A model generated the notes under the pieces. It saw nothing but the letters and a program-made list of their open reading frames with translations. It was not told the DNA's origin and ran no database searches. From Eledone cirrhosa (Eukaryota): 64,000 nt of DNA. Below are positions 1 through 13,619 of the stretch, piece by piece; position 1 is the stretch's first letter, and every line of letters begins with the position of its first letter. Both the position numbers and the translations under genes were made by a program. The DNA lies in assembly GCA_964016885.1 (NCBI GenBank), contig OZ024740.1, positions 281,232,001 to 281,296,000 of the forward strand. Direction: 5' to 3'.

Positions 1-698
1 TACTCAAAAGTGACAACTTAGGAATTGTGTTAATGTTATCAAATTTGGAATTATTTACTGCCACAGAGACCAGGTTAATAGATGTAGGGAAGGAAGGAGA
101 TAGACAGAGAGCGAGAGAGAGAGAGAGAGAGAGATAGAGAAAGAAAGAGAGAGAAAGAAAGAGAGCGAGAGAGGGGAGACAGAAAGAAGTTAAGAGAAAG
201 GGAAGGAAAGGCGATATACACCGAGTTGATAGTTGTAGTTTGGTGATCGTACTTAAGTATCCATTTATTACGATAAGCAAGGTACTGGTTAGTAGTGTGT
301 GTGTGGGGTGGGGGATATAGTTAGGAAGTAAGTATTGAGTAAAATTAGTAAGCGAGAGAAAGGTGTTCAAATTATGTTAAGTTACTTTTATAGTGAGAAA
401 TTTTAGCTTCATTTGGTGGTTGCAATATATATATATATATATATGAGAGTATTGAAGTTTGCTTGAAGCATTGTGGAATAATAAGGTAAATTTCTTTAAG
501 TCGTTTGGAAGCCTCGACAATGCAAATGGGTAAATCTCCGGGTAACAAGATCCGGTGGTGGAGAGAGAGAGATGTAAGTGGGTGTACGTTGAGATGCGTG
601 GCGTGTATAAGACGTGTAGAGGAATGAAAGAAAGAGCATAAAGGATAAAATAAAAATAACAACACGAGAGAGAGTTACCTTGGGAGAGATTTAATTGT

Positions 699-734
699 CC
701 CTATATATTTCGGATTCACATCCATCAACTGGGG
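699..734 (-). ncRNA. Degenerate minimal hammerhead ribozyme motif
   Basis: Minus strand ccc-CAGTTGA-t-ggat-gtga-atcc-GAAA-tata-TA-ggg; stems I and II and palindromic stem III present, two core mismatches. Confidence 0.5.
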
Positions 735-834
735 TTTTTTCCGGGGTCGGGGAAAGGTTGTCTGTCGGAAAGGTGCGAAACGCGTCCTCCGCTGTTCGTT
801 GTTTTGAATATCTGAGGTATTCAGCAGAGCGCGC

Positions 835-1905
835 GTGCGCGTGAAATGGGGTCGATCGGGCAGAGGTCACCAAACATACCAACAAACCTCGGGATTGCCC
901 TTGGGATCAAGCCTGTCGGGCGTGCTAGCGATCTCTTACATGGACAACCTCGAGCGCAAGGCACTCAACGCCTGCCACCCCAACGCCGTCGCCTTTTTCT
1001 CAAGGTACGTGGACGATATCCTCATCCTCACATCTTCCCAAGACACGGCGAAGAGAATCTATGAGACGTTCAACAACACGGACGAGAACATTGACTTCAG
1101 TGTTGAACACCCCAACGAAGACGGGTCACTTGCCCTCCTCGACTTCCGAATCAACATCACGGAACAGGGAATGATCCACTGCAACCTCTACTGAAAGGCA
1201 GCCTGCAGGGACCTGTTCGTTCACTACAAGTCCGCCCTCCCTAACAGTGCCAAAAGAGGATACATCACGAACGAGATCGTGCGAATCAAAAACAGATGCA
1301 GCGAACCAGCTAGTGGTGTCACTCATACCAAGCGATTCTTCGAGGTGCTGGAGACGAACGGGTACCCTACCTCGCTCACAGACAGAGTAGGAGACACCAG
1401 ACACAAGAGACAGAGAGGCACCCAAGGCAAGTGCTTCCTTAAAATGCCACACCTGGGCTAGAATACCACCAACGCTATCCGCAAGGCTATACGGAGGGAG
1501 GGCCTCGACATCCACCTGGCCCACTCGGGCCCCTCCCTGCGAAGATGCCTCAGGAAACCCGGGAAATCAACTGACGCGTGCTCCCTCAGAGACTGCCCGA
1601 TACGCCATGCGAGCTGTTGCCAACACACATACGTCGTGTATAAGATAGAATGTAACAAGTGCAACCAATACTATATAGGTAGCACAATCCGACCTTTGCA
1701 CATCCGGATCAAGGAACACACTAAAACTAGGCCCTCGTCTTTCCGGAAACACATAGACAAATGCGGAAACAAAGAGGGAAGGCCCATTGTCACAATTCTA
1801 GCGACTGAAAGAAACGTCGGCACGTTACGTATCAAGGAAGCACTTTTTATCAAACGCCTGGGGCCGCAAATAAACAATCGATCCGAGAGCAGCGAAATGA
1901 GGTGA
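835..1905 (+). pseudogene. Penelope-like RT (C-terminal part) and GIY-YIG endonuclease, two in-frame stops
   Basis: ORFs at 835, 1279 and 1636 share one frame: QTSGLPLGSSLS, FSRYVDDIL, LALLDFRI, Cys-rich linker, YKIECNKCNQYYIGST-RPLHIRIKEH, IKEALFI, INN. Stops at 1192-1194 (TGA) and 1459-1461 (TAG). Confidence 0.92.
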
Positions 1906-2414
1906 TTGGTTTAAGTTAACAAACGATGCAGCAACGCACACACACACACAAGCGAGACAACAACACACGTATAAACACACACACACACAGTAGCATTCCA
2001 CCATACGAACATACTACACTTCATTCCTCTACACGTCTTATACACGCCACGTATCTCAACGTACACCCACTTACATCTCTCTCTCTCCACCACCGGATCT
2101 TGTTACCCGGAGATTTACCCATTTGCATTGTCGAGGCTTCCAAACGACTTAAAGAAATTTACCATATATATATATATATATATACAGTATATATATATAT
2201 GGTAAATTTCTTTAAAGCTCACTACTCTCCCTCTTTGCTGAAAATTATGTGTGTTGGATTCTTATAGAATTCCAGTAACAATCAGGAACTGAAAATGTAA
2301 GTAAGTGACATTGTGGCTGCTTTAAAACAGTAGCGTATGGTCTTCAACATGCTTTGAATTAAGCATACAGTGTATTGCAAAATATATATATATCGCTATT
2401 TCAGAGCCCCAATT

Positions 2415-2808
<394 letters not shown>

Positions 2809-2840
2809 GAGAAAAACCACAGACCCTCCATCTCAACTCA

Positions 2841-2878
2841 CCTTTTGAAAAGCAGAAGAACTGCGAAACCAGTAAAGG
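2841..2878 (+). ncRNA. Degenerate minimal hammerhead ribozyme motif
   Basis: cctt-TTGAAAA-gcag-aagaa-ctgc-GAAA-ccag-TA-aagg; stems I and II perfect, core differs from CTGANGA by two transitions. Confidence 0.55.
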
Positions 2879-2994
2879 AACCAAATAAATATATATATTT
2901 TAAAAAAAAATAAGACTCCAGTTGCATTTTCGATTTCATCTCTTTTTCTTTATATATATATATATATACAGTATATATATAAAGTATATATATA

Positions 2995-3242
2995 AAGTGA
3001 CACAGAGGAGACTGAGGTTGGCTGGACATGCTCACCGACATCCAGAGTTGACATTGCACTCAGTGCTCCTTTGGGAGCCCCTACATGGACACACTAGAAG
3101 AGGAAGACCAAGGTTAACATATGTTGATGCCCTAAGGACAGACACTGGTCTGTTGGAGATGCAGGATATGGCAGCGATAATGAGGGACAGAGACCACTGG
3201 AGAGAACTCGTCCATGGATCTCGGGAATTTTACCCGCCTTAG
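2995..3242 (+). mobile_element. 3' fragment of an RTE-type LINE between (TA)n tracts
   Basis: [38 protein letters not shown]: characteristic RTE-clade C-terminus, stop followed by TA repeats. Confidence 0.85.
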
Positions 3243-3254
3243 ATATATATATAT

Positions 3255-3392
<138 letters not shown>

Positions 3393-3395
3393 ATA

Positions 3396-3474
<79 letters not shown>

Positions 3475-3526
3475 TACATATCTATATATATATATGCATA
3501 TATATTTATATATATATATATATACA

Positions 3527-3603
<77 letters not shown>

Positions 3604-3816
3604 AATTGGTGCTCTGAAATAGCGATATATATATATGAATGTATATACACTGTATTTTGCAATACACTGTATGCTTAATTAAAAGCATGTTGAAGACCAT
3701 ACGCTATTGTTTTAAAGTAGCGACAATGTCACTTACTTACATTTTCAGTTCCTGATTATTACTGGAATTCTATAAGAATCCAACACACATAATTTTCAGC
3801 AAAGAGGGAGAGTAGT

Positions 3817-3863
3817 GAGCTTTAATAAGTACCAACAAGTACGAAACAGAGCTCTGTCAGCTT
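3817..3863 (+). ncRNA. Degenerate hammerhead ribozyme motif
   Basis: gagct-TTAATAA-gtac-caacaa-gtac-GAAA-cagagctctg-TC-agctt; three stems intact, 12-nt palindromic stem III, three transitions in the core. Confidence 0.6.
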
Positions 3864-3976
3864 ATCCCCCCTGTTTGCTGAAAATTTAAGTAAGTGCCAT
3901 TGTCACTACTTTAAAACAATAGCGTATGGTCTTCAAAATGCTTTTAATTAAGCATACAGTGTATTGCAAAATACAC

Positions 3977-4081
<105 letters not shown>

Positions 4082-5187
4082 GCTCTCATAGACGTGCATC
4101 TTTGTGTCTTTGTCTTTGTGTTCTTGTTGTATCCTCTTATGTCTCGTAACTTTGTGATTCGGCAAATAGAAATCTATAAAATATATACCAATCAGAAATA
4201 GATACTATGGTCTATAGGATCAGTTAAATATTTGAATGCTGTAGGGTGTTACGACCGTAGAACAAAGACTGAAATATAAATAAATATAGATATTGTTTGA
4301 AGTATATTTAGATGTATAAGCATACTACTCATACTGTTTACACGTACACAACCGTACACACATACGCACACCCTAATATATATATATATATATATGAGCG
4401 TATATATATATGCATACACACACAGCGAGCGCGCATGTATATATATATATATATATGAATGTAAGTATTAGTAAATATGGCAAGGTGTCCCGATGGATAT
4501 TAACGCAAGTGATATAAATCGAGTGGATATCGTCCATTATGTATATTATACAAGTAAATCGTGTAATGTTTGATGCATGAAAATATTAGATTGGAAAAGA
4601 GGATAGAGTAGTAGAGAATGAAATACCTTTGAGTATTTAGTCTTGTATATTTTGCTGAATTCAAAGATTTGATTGTTATCTTACATTCTTTCAGAGTCAA
4701 TACAATTAGTGCTCCCAATGGAAAGAAACTGGCGATATGCGTTGGCCATGAACAATCATTGTTTCATGTTATATGATAGATCATATTTTACATAGATATA
4801 TTGATTTGGGTAGATAACAATTTTTGCAAATATTAATGTGTATTTATTGTATTATATATTGTCTCAAAAACTTTATATTCTACTTTATATATACAACTTT
4901 ATATACAATGCGTATTTTATCTACAACTGACATTCATATATTGATTATAAGTTATTTAATAATGTATTATTTTACGCAAATTTTATTCATTTCAAATATA
5001 TTAACTAAATATAAAGTAGATTGGTATATATACTTTATACCATTTACATACTTATGCAAATTAGGGACTCTTTTAAAATATGTGCAATGTTTAATTCGGG
5101 TTAAATAAGACAAATCCTTTAGTAAGTAATTAAAAATAAACTTATGTATGAATACACAAGCACGCGCATACATTCATTCTTGCATGC

Positions 5188-5224
<37 letters not shown>

Positions 5225-6058
5225 AGTGTATGTGAGCATATACATATATATGTGAGTCGTTAGAAAGTCGGATAGAATGTTGTGCAATATTTGTTCCGTC
5301 TGTATGTGCTCCAAGCCCACGAGTCAAATTTGCCCACCCAACCCACCAACATACACAATGTATACAAATAGTTCATGCAAATTACGTGTATTACCAACAA
5401 TTATTTAACAGATGCCAAATTTGACAAAATGTAGTTTCGAACTACCAGCGCAGAAGAAAGGAACTAATTGTATTCACTTATAATATAATGCTATTGTGAT
5501 TCAGTCATTTCACCAACCTTTTTTCTTCATACAAAAAATTACTGAATTATTTCTGTTCGTAATTATTATATCGTTATATATGTGTAACATCATTAGCTTA
5601 TTATTTTTCATCAAACAACACGTTGTCAGCATTTTTACAGAGATTTTTATGCTAGCTCTTTGTGAGCTACGTTCAAATCCTGCTGAAGTCACTTTAACCA
5701 TTTCTCTGTCTGAAGCCGATAAATAAAGTAGCAGTTTCGGCTGAGAGACTAATCGAATCATTGAAACGTCATGTGGAATGTCTTGCAGTATTTATTCCGG
5801 TTGTTTGCATTCTGATTTCTTATCCCATCGTGGCTCATTAAAATGGGAGATTTAATACGCTATCAAGTTTAACACTACCTCCCACCACTAGGTTCTTTAG
5901 AAAATACCACAGTTGCGAGCATTCCGGCCATGTCTCTAGTTTGAGCATATGTTCACCCATCTACTTGTCTTGGAAGTTTAAAAAAAGAATAAATGGTCAT
6001 GGGTGCTGCTCTTCCTCCTCGGTAAACGATGTGAACATTTCACAATCCCCCCCCCCCC

Positions 6059-6299
<241 letters not shown>

Positions 6300-6312
6300 T
6301 AAATATATATAC

Positions 6313-6648
6313 GTAGAGGTTATATTTAATTTGTTGTGATACAACAAGCAAAATATTTTTATAACTGATATAAAGCACTTAACAAATTATTGGAGTAAAT
6401 ATACAATATATTAACAAATGGAAACTATATTTATAAAACCATATTTATTTCATTATACATATTTCAAGGGCCAATCAGAATGGTTGCATTTTTTCAGGGT
6501 ATGCCAATATTTATTTATTTATAAAACTAACCTATATTATATTTTATCTGATGAAAGCGCACCATAGTTTGCCTTGGTGGCCCTTGAAATATGTATAATG
6601 AAATAAATATGGTTTTATAAATATAGTTTCTATTTGTTAATATATTGT
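6313..6648. mobile_element. Short hammerhead-bearing repeat with internal inversion
   Basis: 6403-6473 is inverted relative to 6578-6648; homologous to 36505-36680 and 40410-40620; flanked by (TA)n. Confidence 0.8.
6540..6605 (+). ncRNA. Type-I hammerhead ribozyme motif, intact core
   Basis: tattttat-CTGATGA(6548-6554)-stem II aagcgcacca/tggtggccctt-GAAA(6586-6589)-ATA-TG-TAT-A(6597)-atgaaata. Confidence 0.8.
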
Positions 6649-6802
6649 GTATATATATGTATATATATATATGTGTATATATATGAATATGTATGTAAAA
6701 AAGAAAAAAATATATATGTATATATGTATATATATATATGTGTATATATATGAATATATATGTAAAAAAGAAAAAAATATATATATGTATATATGTATAT
6801 AT

Positions 6803-6965
6803 ATATTGTTATGCTTTGGGAGGGTCACGTTGCCAATAAGAAACACACGCACGAGTTGCATTCACTCCAATTTATTATAAATTAAATTTATAATAAATTG
6901 GAGTGAAAACAACTGGTGCGTGTGTTTCTTATTGGCAACATGACCCTCCCAAAGCATAACAATAT
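6803..6965. repeat. Near-perfect palindrome, 81-bp arms, 1-nt spacer at 6884
   Basis: Arms are reverse complements with about 4 mismatches. Confidence 0.92.
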
Positions 6966-7012
6966 CGGTTTCAACACACGTTTTCAGATAAAGAATCTTG
7001 CTAAACAAATTC

Positions 7013-7076
<64 letters not shown>

Positions 7077-8568
7077 ATCTATCTATCTTTTTGTCTGTCG
7101 GTCTGTCTGTCTGTGAATATATGTATGCATGGATGTCTATGAATATGTCTACATATTTCGGTAATATCCCTACTGCAATAAACATAAACTATTAACAGCC
7201 CAGCTACTGAAGTATCGATTCCGTCATTACTGACTAAAACGTCAAACATTATTCTGAAATTAAAAACTATTCGTGAATAGATATTTTCAATAATAAAATA
7301 GGGTTCCATTTCATTGAAAAGCTGAAAGTTAATTTAAAACCAGGCATTCAGATACAATATATATCTTAAATAGCCACGAAACGTAAGATTTAACCTTTTT
7401 ATACAAAACTGCCACTCAAGTTCCACCCTTTACTGCATCAATGATACAAAACTCTTTATTTTAAAATGTTTATACTTTTCTAAAAGTCTTCCATCATAAT
7501 TTGTGTGAGATCGTTATTTTTTGAGTAAGATATTTTATTAAATTACTACAAATTCTAGTTAATTTTCAAAATCCTGAAAAGAAAAATCATAAGCAGTGTC
7601 TTTTCATTAGAAATATGTTAGTGAGAAGGTGAAATCTAGTTTGAAATTGTGCGTTGTAACGTTCATACATTTGTTGAAACCATTATATATGTAAAACGAA
7701 ATAAGTCCAACTGAAAAGTGAAACTGGCTGCCGAACTTATTTCGACAACTTACTTTCACACACACACACTGGTGTAACAATAACTCGATATTTACATATA
7801 GACACAAATACAATTGACTCATACAGGCGTCATGCAGTCATACATCATCACATAAAATGTAAATATATATATTTACCTCTCATCAGCTGTTTTAACGCTG
7901 GGCCATTGATTCTACTGCTGTTTCCTTGTTCTCCCTTTCTCTCTGTCCCACGCAGTTCCAACTACTATTGTTATTTATTTATCTTCATGTCTAAAAATTA
8001 TCCATACGTACATAAGAATCGTGTTTTCTTTTCTTCCGTATTTCTATGTGTCAATATTTGCTGTGTGTGTGTGTTTGTGTTTCGGAGCGAACTTTATCTG
8101 CTAATCTGATATATCAAATAATGCTACTGCCTTCCACTCTCCCTATTTCACTCTCCCTCTCTCTTTCTCGTTCTCTGTATCTATTTTCAGCTCTATTTCT
8201 ATCACTATACCATCTTTAAACTGTCAACAGATGATTTTACGGCCGTTAAAGCAGATGTAACTCTAGATACATATGTATTTACACACATGCATATAATCAA
8301 ACAGATACACATACACACAAATATATTATGTTTTAAAGTTATGCGACTATTCTAACATAGAACGGAAATATATTTCCATAGATTTACACATGGCAATAGA
8401 CGTGTGCTGCTATATGGGTTGTGCATTCGTGTGTATATGTGAGTTTGTATGCGTGTTTATATTTTTTAGTGTTTATATATTAGTGTTTTTCAGTATATAT
8501 ATATATATTTAGGAGAAGAAATATAAGTATCCGTCTTATGTTTGCGAATTCGTGTTTGTGGGTGTGTA

Positions 8569-8706
<138 letters not shown>

Positions 8707-8998
8707 TAGATAGATATAGATATCGTGGATTGCTAAGCACTGTCGAAGTGAGCGTCAGCGATAATTTAGTGAATACCAGTTGCTCCTTCTGCCGCCCCTT
8801 TGACTGACGTTCAGAGATGTGACGGGCTTCTGTCACCTCGACTGCTGCAGCTGTGGGTACTGATTCAGTTATTACACCCAACTTTCAAATTTAATCACTC
8901 CTAATTAAGTGCTATGAGCGCTCATTTGGTGCATTTTACTTCTTAAAAACAATTGCCACTAATTAAATTCTGTTAATCTAATTACTATACATGATTAT

Positions 8999-9190
8999 AA
9001 ATAATTGTTTCTACTTTAGGCACAAGGCCAGCAATTACCCAGTGCATTACTGGTACTTTATTTTATCGACCCCGTAAGGAAGAAAGGCAAAGTCAACCTA
9101 GGCGGGATTTGAACTCAGATCGTAAAGGGACGTAACTATGCTGGAAAGCATGGCGTCCGACCCTCTACTGATCCTGCCAATCGACCGCCC
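8999..9190 (-). mobile_element. tRNA-derived SINE (octopus OK/OR-like)
   Basis: Minus strand A-box-like TGGCAGGATCAG, B-box GAGTTCAAATCC, central ggggtcgataaaataaagtacc, 3' end ccttgtgcctaaagtagaaacaattatt; many copies in the window. Confidence 0.9.
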
Positions 9191-9296
9191 AATACATAAT
9201 TATAAACAATGTTAGCGATTTAAAAATTATTCACTCTTTTATCTAGAAGAAGATTCATTAACAATTACATTGAGTTGTAGTGATGTACTTAGTGTT

Positions 9297-9483
9297 TATT
9301 TGGCAGTATCGGTAGAGGGTCGGCCGCCTTGCTTTGACACATAGAGTTATGGCCCTTGCCATTCTGAGTTCAAATCCCGCCGAGGTTAACTTTTCCTTTC
9401 ATCCTTATGGGGTCGATAAAATAAAGTACCAGTAATGTGCTGGGTAATTGCTGGCCTTGTGCCAATAGTAGAAACAATTATTT
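9297..9483 (+). mobile_element. tRNA-derived SINE
   Basis: TGGCAGTATCGG, GAGTTCAAATCC, gtagaaacaattatt; divergent from the copy at 8999. Confidence 0.9.
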
Positions 9484-9509
9484 AATATGTCATTTTTTTT
9501 GCAATATTA

Positions 9510-9613
9510 GATAATTGTTTTTACTTTTGGCACAAGGCCAGCAATTATACCAAAACACCAGTAATGCACTGAGATAATTGCAGACAGTGTGCCAAAAGTA
9601 GAATCTAATTATT
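9510..9613. repeat. Two SINE 3' ends fused in inverted orientation
   Basis: ataattgtttttacttttggcacaagg ... gtgtgccaaaagtagaatctaattatt. Confidence 0.7.
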
Positions 9614-9639
9614 AAGTTGTGTTGAATTCTTCGTCGATT

Positions 9640-9965
9640 TCGTCTACGGGAGTTCAGTTGTTCGATCAACTGAACGTCCAGCTTGTAAATAACCTGTACA
9701 TTGATGAATATTCCACATACACGTAATCTATGTCATATTCCAAATCAACTTGAGACAATATGTGACATGGCTGGGCCTTTGAATTACAGGTACAATTCAT
9801 CCGGCGGGCTTCTTCACAGTTTCTGTTTACCCAATTTCACGCAAAATGATTGGCTCAAAACAAAGAGGTGGTAAAGACATTTGCTGAAGATGCCATGCAG
9901 TGGGATCGAACAAGAGACCTCATGATTATGAAACGAATGTTCTAACCATTAAGACATGACTGTGT
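9640..9965 (-). mobile_element. Older, different tRNA-derived SINE, degenerate
   Basis: Minus strand tRNA-like head gtcttaatggttag ... gttcgatcccactgc. Confidence 0.55.
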
Positions 9966-10016
9966 CCACTATTAAGCAATGGAACTATACTGACTTCCCA
10001 TATATCTTTTATGCTC

Positions 10017-10512
10017 AAACAAGCTGAGGTACCCGACTTCGCCCGGGAGAAGAGTTAGGAGAAGACGGATAAAAGAGAAAACGACTTTATTGAATGTGTT
10101 GTCTGGTATGAGGGGAGACCGTAATGTGTGTGTGAGAGAAAGACATAAAAAAACAATCATAAAACTTCCTTATGAGGCTGGGGGAGTAAACTGCCGATTA
10201 AATGGTAGCATTAGCCTTGGATTTTAAATGTTGTGGAATAACTATAGTCAGTATGATTTGTTTCAGCTCTAAAGGACGTTATCTGAAACACAGCAATATA
10301 TCGCATAACATTGGTTCTGAAGTGTTGCTTCATTAGGACGGACTGTAAGTAGTATATGGATAAAAGCTGAAGGATAGATTCATTTTAAATAGTATCAATT
10401 TTTCTTTGTTCTGTAAAATCAAAGACTGTAAAACGAATTTATAAAAGCTAACGCAATATTGTTAAACCTTCAACTGATACTTTTGTGGGACGTTACTCTC
10501 TCTCTCTCTCGC

Positions 10513-10577
<65 letters not shown>

Positions 10578-10678
10578 ATCTAACACTGTAATTCTATCTC
10601 CTTCGGTATAACTGCCTATCTGCCTCTTTCTGCCTCTCCCTCTGTGTGTCTCTCTCTCTTTAGATGTGTGTGCATGTA

Positions 10679-10755
<77 letters not shown>

Positions 10756-10815
10756 TTTTCGTGTGATTCAACCAACTAACCAATAAACGTCTTCCTTTTA
10801 TATAATATATAGATA
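10017..10815 (+). mobile_element. Helitron/Helentron-associated-like non-autonomous repeat with (CT)n and (GT)n
   Basis: Starts acaagctgaggtacccgacttcgcccggg and ends cttccttttatataatatatagat, resembling termini of Lep1/DINE-1-type repeats; internal microsatellites. Confidence 0.55.
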
Positions 10816-11444
10816 TATTCAGTTCTATTCATCATGAATATCTGCCCACATTAACAACTGTTCATACTCAAATATATTAGGTTCTGTAAGAGTTTCATGA
10901 ATATTCGCCCACATTAATAACTTTATCTGTTAACAAGAGAACTTCTACGTAGCCACTTCTGGAAATAGCAGTTAAAAATCCGTCACGACAGTCTTAAGAA
11001 AGGAGATTGAATTATGTGGTCATCGATAAGGTCCTAAAATGTTCATAGCTTGAATGAACTTAATCATACGTTTGGTCAAACAAGACTAATCTGAGACTAT
11101 GCAAAAAACAACAACTTTCAGTCATAGGTACAATTTTACCATTATAGTTAGCATGAATATATGCATGGACTAACTGTTTGAGTCGTTAGAACGGCGGATA
11201 TATGTATTACTAAGAACATGACTATAATGAAAATTTAGTGGTTCACTATCAAAAATTCTCTACGTAAGGCTATATATTACATATATATTACATATATAAT
11301 TAAAAGCAGCTTAGCGTCCACTATTGTGTTACATTCAATATCTTAAGTAGCATTAATTTGTTTCGATGTTTTATTGTTTAAAGCAGATGGTCTGGTGTTA
11401 ACTACATTAAATACCTGTTTCATTTTTCATGCCTAAAGAATATA

Positions 11445-11651
11445 CCGTATATACTAAAATATAAGCTGAGGAATATGTGACCAAAAAATCGATGGTAAAA
11501 TTGCTGGTGGTCGGCTTATATACACCATCTAAACAATGTGTTGATTAGCTGCCCCGGCTTAAAAATTGGATTTGGATTTTTGCCCATTCCTCAGACATAA
11601 AATAGGAGGGTCGGCTTATATTTGGACCGGTTTATATTCGAGTATATACAG
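11445..11651. mobile_element. Tc1/mariner-pogo-type MITE
   Basis: Imperfect TIRs ccgtatatactaaaatataagc / gtttatattcgagtatatacag, flanked by TA at 11443-11444 and 11652-11653. Confidence 0.75.
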
Positions 11652-11835
11652 TAAGTGCCAAACACACATAGAAATGGTAGAACATGCAAGGAATGCCAAA
11701 CAGATCTTTGTAGAGAATCATTGTGTGATACCTGGGGATTATGCTAGTCTACAGATTCCCTAAAATATGGCCATTTGTAGACTCGAGTAGCTACTGAGAA
11801 AGACAGCGGCAAATGGGAGTGATGAGAAATGTATG

Positions 11836-11985
11836 GAAGAAGAAGAAGAAGAAGAAGAAGAAGAAGAAGAAGAAGAAGAAGAAGAAGAAGAAGAAGAAGA
11901 AGAAGAAGAAGAAGAAGAAGAAGAAGAAGAAGAAGAAGAAGAAGAAGAAGAAGAAGAAGAAGAAGAACAACAACAACAACAACAA
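11836..11985. repeat. (GAA)n followed by (CAA)n microsatellite
   Basis: Direct reading. Confidence 0.98.
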
Positions 11986-12059
11986 GCATCTCCAAAGCAT
12001 GTGATGAAATAGATGTATTTTTGTCTTGAAATAACTAGTAATGTGGAGAAACTGTTAAT

Positions 12060-12870
12060 ATAAGTACTTTATATGTCGTTGCCAATGTCATAAGCGAAAT
12101 GACATTAAGCGAATCCAGCCGAAAATTGACCAACTTCTTAGAAGAAAGCGAAATCGGTTCCACAGTGGAAGATCGACAGTGGCACATATTTTGACACTTA
12201 GAAGAATAATGGTGTGTCTATCGCAAAAACAGAAACGGCTGATATAATATTCGTCGATTTAAGTGAGCATTCGATAGTGTACATGAGAGAATATGTTTTG
12301 CATTGTCAAAGCTTATGGCATGAAAACACAACAGCCAAGACAATTACACCTAGTGGGAAGAGGAATGTCATCAAAATAGTCGTTGGTGTTTTGTAGGAAG
12401 GCACCTTAGACTTATATCTCTTTACCGTTGTGTTGGATTACGCTATGAGAAAAGCCAACAATGGGAAGGAGGGACAGCTTGGTTACCAGCAGGAGCGGAG
12501 GAGAAATAGGACAAGTTCTCCAATTATTATAACGGATTCGGAATTTGCTAAAGATATAGGACAAATTTCTCATGAAATAATGGAAGCACATCTAGTCCTG
12601 TGGGTGAAAAAAGAATGCTAGCAAAGTAGGATTGCACTTAAACGAAAGAAAATAGAACAGAAGTGCAGTGTTAGATCATCTATAGGCCCAATGGCATAAT
12701 GTCTAAGATAGGAGATTGACACAAGAAAATGGACATTTTCAAATATCTAGGTGCATGGAGAGAAAGCAATGAAAATGTGCGTGCTTGATCAGTGGACCAT
12801 GGGTTGGAGAGGATATGACCATCCCAGAAAAGCAAAAGGCTTATAGAAACGCTTTTTATTGCAACAGTGA
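12060..12870 (+). pseudogene. Highly decayed RTE-type RT relic
   Basis: Fragments RIQPKIDQLLR, FHSGRSTVAHILTLRRIM, IIFVDL, GVL*EGTLDLYLFTVVLDYAMR, DSEFAKDI (FADD remnant), FKYLGAW. Confidence 0.75.
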
Positions 12871-13619
12871 GGTCTATACTCTTGCTGAGCTGACCTCTTC
12901 TGACCACACTACACTCTACACCAATCACCTATACTTACAGATTTATAAAAGTGGCAATAACGTTTTCTGTGCCTCTGTCATATTTGTTTTATACTGCGCC
13001 GTGTACAAACGCAGAATGCTTATGATTGGGTGTTCGGGATAATGTATTTGCTTTCTTTCTCATACTCGAAATTCAGGTAGACGGTACTATAAGCTTTGCC
13101 ATTTAAAAAAGATAATACATCAACCCAGACGTCAGTTAGAACTTCTTTCAATTCCTTTCGGCGGGGGAGAGAAATTCCCCCTTCCTTTCTGAGACAAAGA
13201 GTAGTTTTTAACTTACCTGCTTCTGAATAAATTCATCGTATTTGTTTTTTCTGTAAATACTTCACATTCTGTCAAGAATCATTGAACGTTAGAGGCTACA
13301 CAAGCAAAACTGACTCCATTACTAAACATCGCTCTCGACGAAATTTGTGTTTGTTTCTAAGTATTAAGGTTAATTTAATAGTAGTATTATTTGTCGCTAT
13401 TATTGACGCCATTACTAATATAGTCAAATCAAAACAACGCTAAAAACTTCCATGAAGTTCGTTTTTAACAAAAGACAATTAATTAACAACCACTTGATTC
13501 ATTAAAAAAAGTATAACATAAAAAAATCTTCAAAATTCGGGAAAATATTTGTTAAAATCAACTAAAATATTAATCAAAAACAAGAGACAAAACAAACATC
13601 AACAACCAGGCTAACATCC

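Larger units (their letters stand above)
485..2163 (+). mobile_element. 5'-truncated Penelope-like retroelement with an inverted terminal segment
   Basis: RT plus GIY-YIG frame at 835-1905; 485-628 is a near-perfect reverse complement of 2020-2163; ends at (TA)n. Confidence 0.9.

Noticed and set aside
1192-1194. In-frame TGA as selenocysteine (reported for Naiad Penelope-like elements)
   Set aside because: It falls at the usual YRK arginine (CGA>TGA decay), a TAG also interrupts the frame, and the endonuclease is C-terminal rather than Naiad-like.
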